NCBI GenBank assembly: GCA_036229005.1
Contig: JAZAMN010000045.1
Location: 1 to 45,598, forward strand
DNA: 45,598 bases
Direction of reading: 5' to 3'
Source of the DNA: Myxococcota bacterium
GTDB lineage: Bacteria; Myxococcota_A; UBA796; CAJQPC01
Below, in pieces: positions 1 through 8,409 of this stretch; within the stretch, counting starts at the first letter, position 1; every line of letters begins with the position of its first letter. The position numbers were made by a program, and so were the translations under genes. The notes beneath the pieces were generated by a model. That model worked only from the letters and a program-made list of their open reading frames with translations. It ran no database searches and had not been told where the DNA came from.

Positions 1-189
1 CGGGGGTGGGGGGCCCCGCGCTGTGTGTGGGGGGGGGGGGGGGGGGGGGGGCCCCGCGTGGGGGGGGGGGTCTTGGGGGGGGCGGGTAGCTGGGGTCGGG
101 TATCAGGTATCAGGGAGGCGGCGACCGGGGACCGGGGACCGGCCACCGCCGATGACGTTGTGGTGGGCTGGGGCGGTGGGGGCAGCCGA

Positions 190-620
190 CTCTGGGGCGT
201 TCTGGGGGAGGGCCCGGCAGTTCGAGCGGGCCACGGTGGGCTCGGAGCTGGCTTGGACGCCCAACCTGGGTCGGGGGCCCGGCGCTCGCACGGGCCTGGA
301 CGGTTCCGAATGGCTGGCGCCCAACACCACCACAATCACCGATGACGGCCTGCTGGGCGCAGACCCCGCGCCAGCCGGCTCTGGGGGCGTTCTGGGGGAG
401 GGCCCGGCAGTTCGAGCGGGCCACGGTGGGCTCGGAGCTGGCTTGGACGCCCAACCTGGGTCAGAGTCCCGGCGCTCGCACGGGCCTGGACGGTTCCGAA
501 TGGCTGGCGCCCAACGCGGCAATCGCCGATGCCGGCCTGCTGGCCGCAGACCCCGCGCCAGCCGACTCGAGGGGCGTTCTGGGGGAGGGCCCGGCGCTTG
601 GTGCGGGCCACGGTGGGCTA
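190..620. repeat. ~189-bp direct tandem repeat (2 full copies plus a partial third)
   Basis: GGCGTTCTGGGGGAGGGCCCGGC recurs at ~196, ~386 and ~573. Units contain GGCCCG..CGGGCC hairpins. Confidence 0.9.
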
Positions 621-985
621 CGGGGTGTCAATGCGCGCTTTTGGGGAGCTACGGGGTGTCAGTGCGCGCTTTCTGGGAGCTACGGGGTGTCAGTGCGCGC
701 TTTTGGGGAGCTACGGGGTGTCAGTGCACGCTTTGGGGCGTTTCTGCGCGCACTCAGGTGGCGTAGCTCGGGAAAAGCGCGCACTCAGGTGGCGTAGCTC
801 GGGAAAAGAGCGCACTCAGGTGGCGTAGCTCGGGAAAGGCGCGCACTCAGGTGGTGTAGCTCGGGAAAAGCGCGCACTCAGGTGCCGTAGCTCGGGAAAA
901 GCGCGCACCCAGGTGCCGTAGCTCGGCAAATGCGCGCACTCAGGTGCCGTAGCTCGGCGAAGCGCGCACTCAGGTGGCGTAGCTC
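615..985. repeat. Converging inverted 31-bp arrays, locus A (4 forward + 8 reverse units)
   Basis: GCTAC at 617/648/679/710; GTAGC at 763/794/825/856/887/918/949/979. Confidence 0.95.
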
Positions 986-1142
986 CGGGCAGGAGCGGGA
1001 CCTATCGGTGGCCCGGTCTTGCCTTCACGCCGGACGGCTCAGACGTGATGCCCAGCCTCGGTCAGAGCCCCGGCGCCCGGACCCGATCCGACGTGATGCC
1101 GGTCCCCGGTCGTCGGTCTCCGGTCGCCGCCGACCCCCGACT

Positions 1143-1196
1143 CCCGATACCTGATACCCGATACCCGATACCCGATACCCGATACCCGATACCCGA
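1143..1196. repeat. Heptamer tandem repeat (CCCGATA)~7
   Basis: Read directly; abuts the tetR stop codon. Confidence 0.95.
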
Positions 1197-1197
1197 C

Positions 1198-1821
1198 TCA
1201 GCCTCCCCACCCCCTCACCCACGCCGCCAGGTGCTGCTCGAAGAAGGCCTCGGCGTCCAAAGGCCGGCAGGCGTGGCCGCCCAGCTCGTGCTGGTGGAGC
1301 ATGCCCAGCAGGATGGGGGAGAGGAAGGCCACCGAGGCGCTGCGCAGGTCAGCGTCGGGGTGGAGCTCGCCGCGGGTCCGGTGGATGGAGAGGCGGGTCT
1401 CGATGGCCTGGATGCTGGGCTCCAGCAGGTGGTTGACCACCGAAGGACCGCGCTGGGTGTGGCCCAGACCCTGGCTGAGCGCGCCCTCGAAGAGGCGGCC
1501 AAGGCCCTCCTGCCAGGCCTCGATCAGGCCCATGCCCACCCGCCGCATGCTGGGCTCCAGCGCCAGCGCGCCAGGATCCCGGCTGGTCTCCAGGTAGCGC
1601 TCCGCGTTGACCCGCGCGGCGTCCAGCGCGGCCTCGACCACGCCGTCCAGATCGCCAAAGTAGTGCCGCAGGGTGGGCACGCTGACCCCGGCGACGCGGG
1701 CCAACGCCGCAAGGGTGGCCGAGCGCCCCTCGCCCCCAGAGAGCGCCCAGGCCACGCGCAGCGCGAGCGCATGACGACGCTGCTCGTAGTCGGGGTTCCG
1801 GCTTCCAGGAGGACGGCCCAT
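1198..1821 (-). CDS. TetR/AcrR family transcriptional regulator
   Basis: N-terminal MGRPPG..; HTH motif TLAALARVAGVSVPTLRHYFG; C-terminal RGELHPDADL. Confidence 0.9.
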   Translation of the reverse strand: MGRPPGSRNPDYEQRRHALALRVAWALSGGEGRSATLAALARVAGVSVPTLRHYFGDLDGVVEAALDAARVNAERYLETSRDPGALALEPSMRRVGMGLIEAWQEGLGRLFEGALSQGLGHTQRGPSVVNHLLEPSIQAIETRLSIHRTRGELHPDADLRSASVAFLSPILLGMLHQHELGGHACRPLDAEAFFEQHLAAWVRGWGG

Positions 1822-1926
1822 CGTGTTCCCTATATGGACGCAGATAGAAAAATGGTCAAGGCCCTTGGCAGCTCCTGACCGGCGTTCTATATCTCATGCC
1901 GAATACCGAACCAACAGGTGCTCCCG

Positions 1927-2322
1927 ATGCAGCCCAACGCCTGGTACGCCGTGCTCCCCTCCACGCTCCTGGATCAGCGCGGCGTCTACGCTTGCCGCAT
2001 CCACGACAGCGAGGTGGTGCTCTGGCGCGACGCCCAGGGCTGCCCCCAGGCGGTGCGGGACATCCACCCCGATCGCGCCGAGCCCCTGCGTCCCCAGGCC
2101 CTCCAGACCCTGGTCCGCGAGCACGACGCCGAGGATTGCCGGGTGGTCGGGCCCGTGCGCTATTCGATCCCGGCCCGGCCCGTGCTCAGCGAGCACCGCC
2201 TGCAGCAGCTCCCCGTGGCGGAGGGATTCGGCCAGCTCTGGCTGTGGAGCGGGCCCGAACCGGCGCGCCCCGAGGGCGTTCAGAGCCAGGGCCTCGGGCC
2301 CCTGAGTGGCGCTCCAGCCTGA
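1927..2322 (+). CDS. Small Rieske-fold-like protein lacking canonical 2Fe-2S ligands
   Basis: NAWYAV..VVLWRDAQG.PQAVRD and LPVAEGFGQLWLWSG match the ends of oxygenase Rieske domains. CPHR is replaced by HPDR and there is no CxxH. ATG 1927 chosen over GTG 1918. Confidence 0.6.
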   Translation: MQPNAWYAVLPSTLLDQRGVYACRIHDSEVVLWRDAQGCPQAVRDIHPDRAEPLRPQALQTLVREHDAEDCRVVGPVRYSIPARPVLSEHRLQQLPVAEGFGQLWLWSGPEPARPEGVQSQGLGPLSGAPA

Positions 2323-2376
2323 ATCCACAGCCCATCCACCCTGGGCAGCGGCCGGCCCTTCGGCTACTGCATTGAC

Positions 2377-4788
2377 ATGGATGCGCTCGGTCACCCAGAG
2401 TCTCTTCAGCTCAGCGTCGGGCGGGTCGATCTCGTGCGGGGATTGGTTCACCGCGACGACGAGTTGGTCCGTCTGACCGGCCGCGAGACCGCGCTGCTGC
2501 GCTACCTGGCGGCGCGCCCTGGCCAGGTGGTCTCCCGCGAGGCGCTGTTGCTGGAGGTGTGGGGCTACGCCGAGAACGTGGTCTCCCGGGCCGTGGACAA
2601 GACGGTGAACAGGCTCCGGGGTCGCATCGAGCGTGACCGGGCTCACCCCGAACACCTGGTGACCGAGTACGGCATCGGCTTCCGGCTCTTGCCCGCCAGC
2701 GAGGACACCCTCCCGCAGACCCCGCCCCAACCCCAGACCGAGGGCCTCGCCGGGCGCGACGCGGAGCTGGCCGAGCTGCAGCAGGCGCTGTCCCGCGAGC
2801 GGCTGATCACCGTGGTCGGCGCTGGCGGGATGGGCAAGACCCGGCTGGTGCGGCACGCGCTCCCCGGCGCGCCGCTGCTGCGCGCGGACGCCCTCACCGA
2901 ATCGGAGCTGCTGGCCGGACTGCGCGCCCACCAGGCCGCGCCCGTCGTGGTGGTCGACAGCGCGGAGCACCAGCCCGAGGCCCTGACGGTGGCGCTGGAT
3001 GGCTGGCTGCAGGCGTCTTCGGGGACCCTTGTCCTCACCAGCAGGCGCCCGCTGCTGGTGCGGGGGGAGTGGAGCTTGCGGCTGAGCCCACTGGACGTCC
3101 AGGCCAGCCGGCAGATCCTGCTCCAGCAGGCTGGCCGGCAGCGCAGCGGCTGGGGCCAGGGCCATGACGCGGCCGTCGAGCAGATCTGTGAGGCGGCCTG
3201 CGGCTGGCCCCTGGCGCTGGAGCACCTGGCGCTTCGGGCGCGCCTTCTGGGCCCGCGGGATCTGGTCGCCCAGCTCGGCGAGGGCCTGCCCCTGGACCTG
3301 CCCGGCCCTCGGGACGGCGCCGCCCGACACCAGACCCTGGGCGCCAGCCTGGCCCACACCTGGGACCGCCTGCCGCAGGACACCCAGGCCTTCGCGGTCC
3401 GGCTCGCGGTCTTCGAGGGGCCCATCACCCTGGAGACCCTCCGCGTCGTGCTCCAGGCCCCCGCCAGTCTGGTGCACCTGGAGCGCCTGAGCGACTGGGG
3501 GCTGGTGGCCGTGCACGACCAGACCCAAGAGGTGCGCGTCGCGCTCTTTGAGCCCTGGCGGCGCCACCTGGCTCTGCTGCTCGGCGCACCCGAGATGGCC
3601 GAGCTTGCGCGCTCGCTGCGCCAGCGTCACATGGCCCGCTTCACCGCCCTCGCCGCCGCTCAGGGGGAGGAGACCGAGCCCTTCTCCAAGCTCGACGGAC
3701 CCGACCGCGTCTCCAGCACCAAGTTGGAGCGCGCGGACCTGGACAAGGCCCTGGAGTGGGCGCTGCAGGTGCGGGATGCCGATGCGGTGCGCGTCTGTGG
3801 GGAGAGCCTGGTGCAGCTCCACAACCACGTCCGCGATCTGGCGGCGCTGCGGGAGCTCGTGGAGCGGCTGCTGGACGCCCCGGTGCCCCTGCCCCTGGAG
3901 CTCACCCTGGAGCTCCGACTCTGGCGGAGCTACCTTTCGGCCATCGATGGCGGCGTGGAGTCGGCCCTGGAGCAGACCCGGGCCGTGCTCTCAGAGGCCC
4001 GCGCAGCCAAGCTCGTCGAGGCCGAGGCCGCCGCCCACCTGGGGCTGGCCATGATCCACTACCTGGGCGAGCTCGGCGACCCCATCCCGCACCTGGAGGC
4101 GGCTCTGCGTTGCGCCCAGGAGGGCGGCACATTCACCGGCCACTACCACCTGGAGCTGGCCTGGCGGCACATGGATCTCGCCCAGGAGCCGGGCCGCCTG
4201 GAGCGCGCGGTGCACCACTTTGCCGAGGCGCGGCGCGCGGCTCTGCGGGTGGGCAACAGCAAGCTGGAGGTCGGTGTCTTGCGCGGACAGGCCTTCTTGG
4301 CTCTGCACCGGGGAGACGTGGACCAGGCCCGGGCGCTGGGGGAGCGCGCCATCCCCCTGCTTGTACAGCTTGGCAACTCCACCACCAGCAGCCTGGAGCT
4401 CTGCGGCCGCGTCGCCTTGGCCTCCAACGACGCGGAGCGCGCTGTCCAGCACTTGAAGCGGGCCCTGCGGGGGCGCGTCCGGGAGGGCCAGCGGGTCGCA
4501 CGCACCCTGGGCTATCTGGCCTCGGCGCACCTCGCTGGGGGAGAGATGCAGCAGGCGCGCGCGCGCATCGAGCAGGCCGAGCGGTTGGCCAGAAAGCAGC
4601 GGGGAAAGCTGGATCTGACTCAAATCCTGTATCAACGCGGGTGCATCGATCTCGCCGATGGGGACCGCCCCGCCGCCTTGCGCGCGCAGCAGGAGGCCGA
4701 CGCTCTGCAGGCGCAGCTCGCCAGTGGCTATCGGGAGCTCAAGCGGGTCCTGGAGCTCAAGGAGGCCCTGGAGCAGGCCCTGGCATGA
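2377..4788 (+). CDS. OmpR-type winged-helix / NB-ARC-like STAND ATPase / TPR regulator
   Basis: LTGRETALLRYLA..VSREALLLEVWG..LRGRIE..TEYGIGFR; Walker A GAGGMGKT; Walker B-like VVVVDSAE; TSRRPL; GWPLALE; helical TPR-like C-terminus. Confidence 0.88.
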   Translation: MDALGHPESLQLSVGRVDLVRGLVHRDDELVRLTGRETALLRYLAARPGQVVSREALLLEVWGYAENVVSRAVDKTVNRLRGRIERDRAHPEHLVTEYGIGFRLLPASEDTLPQTPPQPQTEGLAGRDAELAELQQALSRERLITVVGAGGMGKTRLVRHALPGAPLLRADALTESELLAGLRAHQAAPVVVVDSAEHQPEALTVALDGWLQASSGTLVLTSRRPLLVRGEWSLRLSPLDVQASRQILLQQAGRQRSGWGQGHDAAVEQICEAACGWPLALEHLALRARLLGPRDLVAQLGEGLPLDLPGPRDGAARHQTLGASLAHTWDRLPQDTQAFAVRLAVFEGPITLETLRVVLQAPASLVHLERLSDWGLVAVHDQTQEVRVALFEPWRRHLALLLGAPEMAELARSLRQRHMARFTALAAAQGEETEPFSKLDGPDRVSSTKLERADLDKALEWALQVRDADAVRVCGESLVQLHNHVRDLAALRELVERLLDAPVPLPLELTLELRLWRSYLSAIDGGVESALEQTRAVLSEARAAKLVEAEAAAHLGLAMIHYLGELGDPIPHLEAALRCAQEGGTFTGHYHLELAWRHMDLAQEPGRLERAVHHFAEARRAALRVGNSKLEVGVLRGQAFLALHRGDVDQARALGERAIPLLVQLGNSTTSSLELCGRVALASNDAERAVQHLKRALRGRVREGQRVARTLGYLASAHLAGGEMQQARARIEQAERLARKQRGKLDLTQILYQRGCIDLADGDRPAALRAQQEADALQAQLASGYRELKRVLELKEALEQALA

Positions 4789-4798
4789 TCAACCCTGA

Positions 4799-5455
4799 TC
4801 AGCCCTGGGGCTTCTCGGCGGCCTGGATGGCGGCGATGGCGGCCTTGCGGTCGTCGGCCTTGAACACCCCGCTGCCGGAGACCAGGGCGTGGGCCCCTGC
4901 GTCCACAAAACGCCAGGCGTTGTGGGTCTTCACGCCGCCGTCCACCTGGATCACGGTGTCCAGGCCGAGCTGGTCGATGCGGTTGCGCAGGCGCTCGATC
5001 TTGGGGAACACGCGCTCGATCAGCGACTGCCCGCCAAAGCCGGGGTTCACGCTCATGATCAGCACCTGGTCGCAGAGCTCCAGCACGTAGTCCAGCTCCC
5101 GCTCCGAGGTGTGCGGGTTCAGCGCCACGCCGGCCTTCGCGCCCAGGCTGCGGATGAGCTGCAGGCTGCGGTCCAGGTGCGTGCTCGCCTCGGCGTGGAC
5201 CGTGATCCAGTCGGCCCCGGCCTCGCGGAAGTCGGCCACGTACTTGTCGGGCTCGACGATCATCAGGTGCACGTCCAGCGGCTTGTCGGTGATGGGCCGC
5301 AGGGCCTTGACCACCAGGGGGCCGATGGTGATGTTCGGCACAAAGCGCCCGTCCATCACGTCCACGTGGATCCAGTCCGCCGTGTCGACGGAGGCGATCT
5401 CCTGGCCCAGCTTCGCGAAGTCAGCGGAGAGGATGGAGGGGGAGACGATGGCCAT
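4799..5455 (-). CDS. rpe: Ribulose-phosphate 3-epimerase
   Basis: [45 protein letters not shown] ribosome-binding site before ATG 5455. Confidence 0.98.
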   Translation of the reverse strand: MAIVSPSILSADFAKLGQEIASVDTADWIHVDVMDGRFVPNITIGPLVVKALRPITDKPLDVHLMIVEPDKYVADFREAGADWITVHAEASTHLDRSLQLIRSLGAKAGVALNPHTSERELDYVLELCDQVLIMSVNPGFGGQSLIERVFPKIERLRNRIDQLGLDTVIQVDGGVKTHNAWRFVDAGAHALVSGSGVFKADDRKAAIAAIQAAEKPQG

Positions 5456-5532
5456 GGTGTCCTCGCTTGGGGGGCCCACCTAACCAAGTGGGGGTCCGCT
5501 CAATGTGCCGAAGGGGTGCATTCCGCAAGCGA

Positions 5533-5588
5533 GGACAGGCTCAGTCTCTCCGCCTCCTGCGGAGCGAGCCCAGGGCCAAGAGCGCCAC
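5533..5588. repeat. 56-bp direct repeat, copy 1 (orphan duplicate of the 3' end of the 8362-12324 gene)
   Basis: 51/56 identical to 8354-8409; minus strand reads VALLALGSLRRRRRD-stop. Confidence 0.9.
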
Positions 5589-5619
5589 GCAGGGAGTCCT
5601 ACGCGGCGCTCTGGCGGGG

Positions 5620-7431
5620 CTACTTGTCGTCCACCAGCCCCTGTTCGGCGAAGTAGCTCGCTGCGAGGGTCTTGGAGTCGGCGTCGAGCTCGGCCAGGAT
5701 GGTGAGCAGGTCATCCGCGCTCAGGGACTTGTCGACCGCGAGCTGCTCCTGCACCAGCTTGGAGGCGGCGCTGTAGTCCGAGGTGTAGATCTCCAGCCAG
5801 GGGGTCTTGCAGGCCGGGCAGCCTGGACCGGTCGGGGGGCTCCAGCCGTCTCGGATGGCCTCGATCTCCACGTAGGCGAGGTCGGCCTTGAGGGCGTCCA
5901 TCAGCGCCTCGATGCGGGTGACCAGGACCTTGATCTGCTCGTCTTTGTCGCAGGCGTAGCCCAGGTCGTTGCCGTCGGTGTCGCGCTGGTTGGGATTGTA
6001 GGTCTCCGGGCAGTTGTCGTCGTCGTCGAGCACGCCGTCGTTGTCGTCGTCCGTGTCGGAGGCGTTGGCCACGCCGTCTCCGTCGATGTCTGAGTCGCAG
6101 ACATCCCCCTTGCCGTCCCCGTCCAGGTCGAGCTGGAGCTCATTGCTCACGGTGGGGCAGTTGTCTTCGTCCGCGCAGAGGCCGTCGTCGTCCGAGTCGT
6201 TGTCGCTGTCGTTGGCGCAGATGTCGCACGGATCTCCCAGCCCGTCTCCGTCGGTGTCGGTCTGTGTGGGGTTGTAGCCTAGGGAGCAGTTGTCCAGATC
6301 GTCCGCGACGCCGTCGTTGTCGTCGTCGATGTCGCACTCGTTTCGGGTGCCGTCTCGGTCCGTGTCAGGTGAGCCTTCGTCGACGCCGCCGTCGCAGTCG
6401 TTGTCCTCTCCGTCGCACTCCTCGTAGGCGCCGGGGTAGATGTCGGGGTCGAACTCGTCGCAGTCGCCGTCGGCTGTCACGCTGTCTGGGTTGATCGCCG
6501 GAATGAAGGCCTCGAGCTGCTCTCGGCTCGCGCCCCAGCCATCTTCGTCAAGGTCGAGGGGGTCCTCGGTGGTGGCGGGGCTGCCGGAGGGGGTGATGCT
6601 GACGGTGTAGAAGTCCGCGAGGTCGATGCCGCTCCAGTTGTACGTGAGCGTGGAGTCCCCTCCGGCATGCCAGCCCGAGCGGGTGTACAGGTAGAAGTCG
6701 TCCACGGCGAGGGAGTCGAAGCACTCTCCCCACGCGCCTCGGCCCAGGACACGGTCTCGGTAGCCAAGGATGGGCATCCAGTGAAAGCCGATCACCTCGT
6801 CGTCGTACGAATAGTCGCCGCTCCCGGTCCAGGCGGCCCCCTCGTCCACGCCCAGGAGCTCACCGATGGTGCCAGCCACGTAGTCGGGCAGGGTGATCAG
6901 CAGCGCCACCGGGCGGTCCGCGCGGATCTCCCTGCGGATGCTCGCCTTGGAGACGTTGTCGCGGTCGGTCGTGCTCCAGTTGGCCGCCTGCGCGTCGGTG
7001 TTGTCGTAGGCATCCAGCACGTCGCTGCCCATGTCCCCGTCAAGCAGGGGGACAGCGACCTCCCAGGACCAGGTCCCGGGGGAGCCCCCCGTGTAGTAGG
7101 GCAGTTCGTTCTGGAGTGCCTCCACCATTGCGCCGATCCCGGGCCGATGGTCGGCGCTGGCGCCGTGGTAGGTCGAGAGACCGGTGATCAGGCCAGGCCA
7201 GCCGTTTCCGTCCCAGTAGCCAGCGATCATCGCGAAGGCCGCTGGACCGCAGTCGTTCGGGCCCGAGAAGGACTGCTGCGCGTAGTTGGGGACGCTGCCG
7301 TCGACCTCGACTGCGTCTTCGATGATGTAGCTCCGGTCGTCGACCGTGCAGAGGAAGGTCCCAGCGAAGGCGTTGCTGCTCAAGAGCAGGGAGCCGGCGG
7401 AGAGTGCTGCGAGGAGTGCGTGTCTGTTCAT
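5620..7431 (-). CDS. Secreted papain-fold (C39-like/C10-like) cysteine peptidase with metal-binding and thrombospondin type-3 repeats
   Basis: Signal peptide ending AFA; YAQQ..DCGPAAFAMIAGYW; HWMPILGY; DCDEFDPDIYPGAYEECDGEDNDCDG; several DNCP..N..Q.D.DGDG.GD.CD repeats. Confidence 0.8.
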   Translation of the reverse strand: MNRHALLAALSAGSLLLSSNAFAGTFLCTVDDRSYIIEDAVEVDGSVPNYAQQSFSGPNDCGPAAFAMIAGYWDGNGWPGLITGLSTYHGASADHRPGIGAMVEALQNELPYYTGGSPGTWSWEVAVPLLDGDMGSDVLDAYDNTDAQAANWSTTDRDNVSKASIRREIRADRPVALLITLPDYVAGTIGELLGVDEGAAWTGSGDYSYDDEVIGFHWMPILGYRDRVLGRGAWGECFDSLAVDDFYLYTRSGWHAGGDSTLTYNWSGIDLADFYTVSITPSGSPATTEDPLDLDEDGWGASREQLEAFIPAINPDSVTADGDCDEFDPDIYPGAYEECDGEDNDCDGGVDEGSPDTDRDGTRNECDIDDDNDGVADDLDNCSLGYNPTQTDTDGDGLGDPCDICANDSDNDSDDDGLCADEDNCPTVSNELQLDLDGDGKGDVCDSDIDGDGVANASDTDDDNDGVLDDDDNCPETYNPNQRDTDGNDLGYACDKDEQIKVLVTRIEALMDALKADLAYVEIEAIRDGWSPPTGPGCPACKTPWLEIYTSDYSAASKLVQEQLAVDKSLSADDLLTILAELDADSKTLAASYFAEQGLVDDK

Positions 7432-7443
7432 GGGTCTCTCCGC

Positions 7444-8235
7444 TCAGTTGGATGAGGGGGCAGGGAGGGTTCCGAGGAACGCCGCCCACTCCCGCTTGAG
7501 GCGCTCAAGGCGGGTCAGGTAGGCGTCGGTGTCTCGCAGGTCGCTGTTCACCGAGACGGTCGCGGACTCGGAGAGGATCCCCGAGTTCGGGTGGTAGTAG
7601 AGGTCTCCCTTTGTGGTATCGAGCACAAAGACGGGCATCACAGCCGTCCCCCAGCGCTCGGTGACCTCGAACTGTGTGCTGTCGGTCCCCTTGAGGACCT
7701 GGGTCTCCATGGAGCCCAGCAGGGCCTGCTCGCGGGAGATGCCGTTCCAGTAGGCCACGATGGGCGGCAGCTCCAGGCGGGCGCCCATCTCCAGGAAGTA
7801 GAGGGTGTCGTCGTAGCCGGACATGTCCTCGCCCGTCAGGGCCTCCCAGTCGATGCTGTCCAGGCTCGCCTTGCTGTCCGTGGAGAACGCGAACAGGTAG
7901 GTGTTGGGGTCCCCATCAGCGTGCAGGTAGGTGTGGGTCTCGATCAGGGTCACGGAGCCCCACAGGTCTGCTGCCACAGCCTTGGCGTAGGTCGGCATCT
8001 CCGCTGCGGTCGGCAGGGTCACGCTGAGGGGACAGTCCGCCACACACTGGTCGTAGAAGTCCGAGCCCGAGGTCGTACAGTCGCCCTCGTCGTACTCCTC
8101 ACAGACCTCCACCCGGTTCTCGGCGAGGTCCACGCAAGAGAGCTTGCAGTAGTCGGTCTCGGCCGCCTCGCTCGTTGAGGCGAGGATCGTAGGACTCACG
8201 CACGCAAACAGTGACACAAACAGAGTTGTGGTCAT
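7444..8235 (-). CDS. Exported/lipoprotein with Cys-rich N-terminus and possible Spi/I69 propeptide-like inhibitor domain
   Basis: LFAC lipobox-like; NTYLFAF...YFLEMGARLELPPIVAYW resembles the C10 prodomain pattern; 12 bp upstream of the peptidase. Confidence 0.55.
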   Translation of the reverse strand: MTTTLFVSLFACVSPTILASTSEAAETDYCKLSCVDLAENRVEVCEEYDEGDCTTSGSDFYDQCVADCPLSVTLPTAAEMPTYAKAVAADLWGSVTLIETHTYLHADGDPNTYLFAFSTDSKASLDSIDWEALTGEDMSGYDDTLYFLEMGARLELPPIVAYWNGISREQALLGSMETQVLKGTDSTQFEVTERWGTAVMPVFVLDTTKGDLYYHPNSGILSESATVSVNSDLRDTDAYLTRLERLKREWAAFLGTLPAPSSN

Positions 8236-8326
8236 CTCTTCTCCAGTCGGTCGTTGATGGGCGGGTGACCTCCGTGGTCACCTCACGCATCAGACCTACC
8301 TGGGTCTGTGTGGTGTTGGCTGTCCC

Positions 8327-8362
8327 AGCCTGTCCCAGTCTGTGGGACACCTGGGACAGGCT
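8327..8362. terminator. Hairpin after the FG-GAP gene
   Basis: AGCCTGTCCCAG-N12-CTGGGACAGGCT, 12-bp perfect stem; no U-tract. Confidence 0.5.
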
Positions 8363-8409
8363 CAGTCCCTCCGCCTCCTGCGGAGCAAGGCCAAGGCCAA
8401 GAGCGCGAC
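8354..8409. repeat. 56-bp direct repeat, copy 2
   Basis: Matches 5533-5588; encodes the gene's VALLALALLRRRRRD-stop. Confidence 0.9.

Larger units (their letters stand above)
95..1196. repeat. Composite intergenic repeat element with inverted termini (MITE/REP-like), containing a ~189-bp tandem duplication and 31-bp arrays
   Basis: Left end TCGGGTATCAGGTATC..GGCGGCGACCGGGGACCGG is the reverse complement of the right end (~1100-1165). The core GGGCCCTCCCC..AGTCGGCTGCC (minus strand) is shared with 26097-26263 and 44241-45470. Confidence 0.75.

Noticed and set aside
1..85. Poly-G runs as a G-quadruplex element
   Set aside because: At the window edge and typical of low-quality or two-colour sequencing artefacts; cannot be supported.
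615..985. CRISPR array (also considered for 19978-20162 and 41926-42246)
   Set aside because: Period is only 31 bp, spacers are 9 bp or less or invariant, arms are inverted, and no cas genes are present.
23..1154. ORFs 23-766, 342-797, 529-828 and 930-1154
   Set aside because: Translations of non-coding repeats; the 31-bp period shifts frame and there are no protein motifs.
2377..4788. Avs-type antiphage STAND system
   Set aside because: The N-terminal domain is a DNA-binding winged helix, not a nuclease or other effector; no defence-island context.
5533..8409. Prophage or autonomous integrative element
   Set aside because: No integrase, transposase or phage genes between the repeats.
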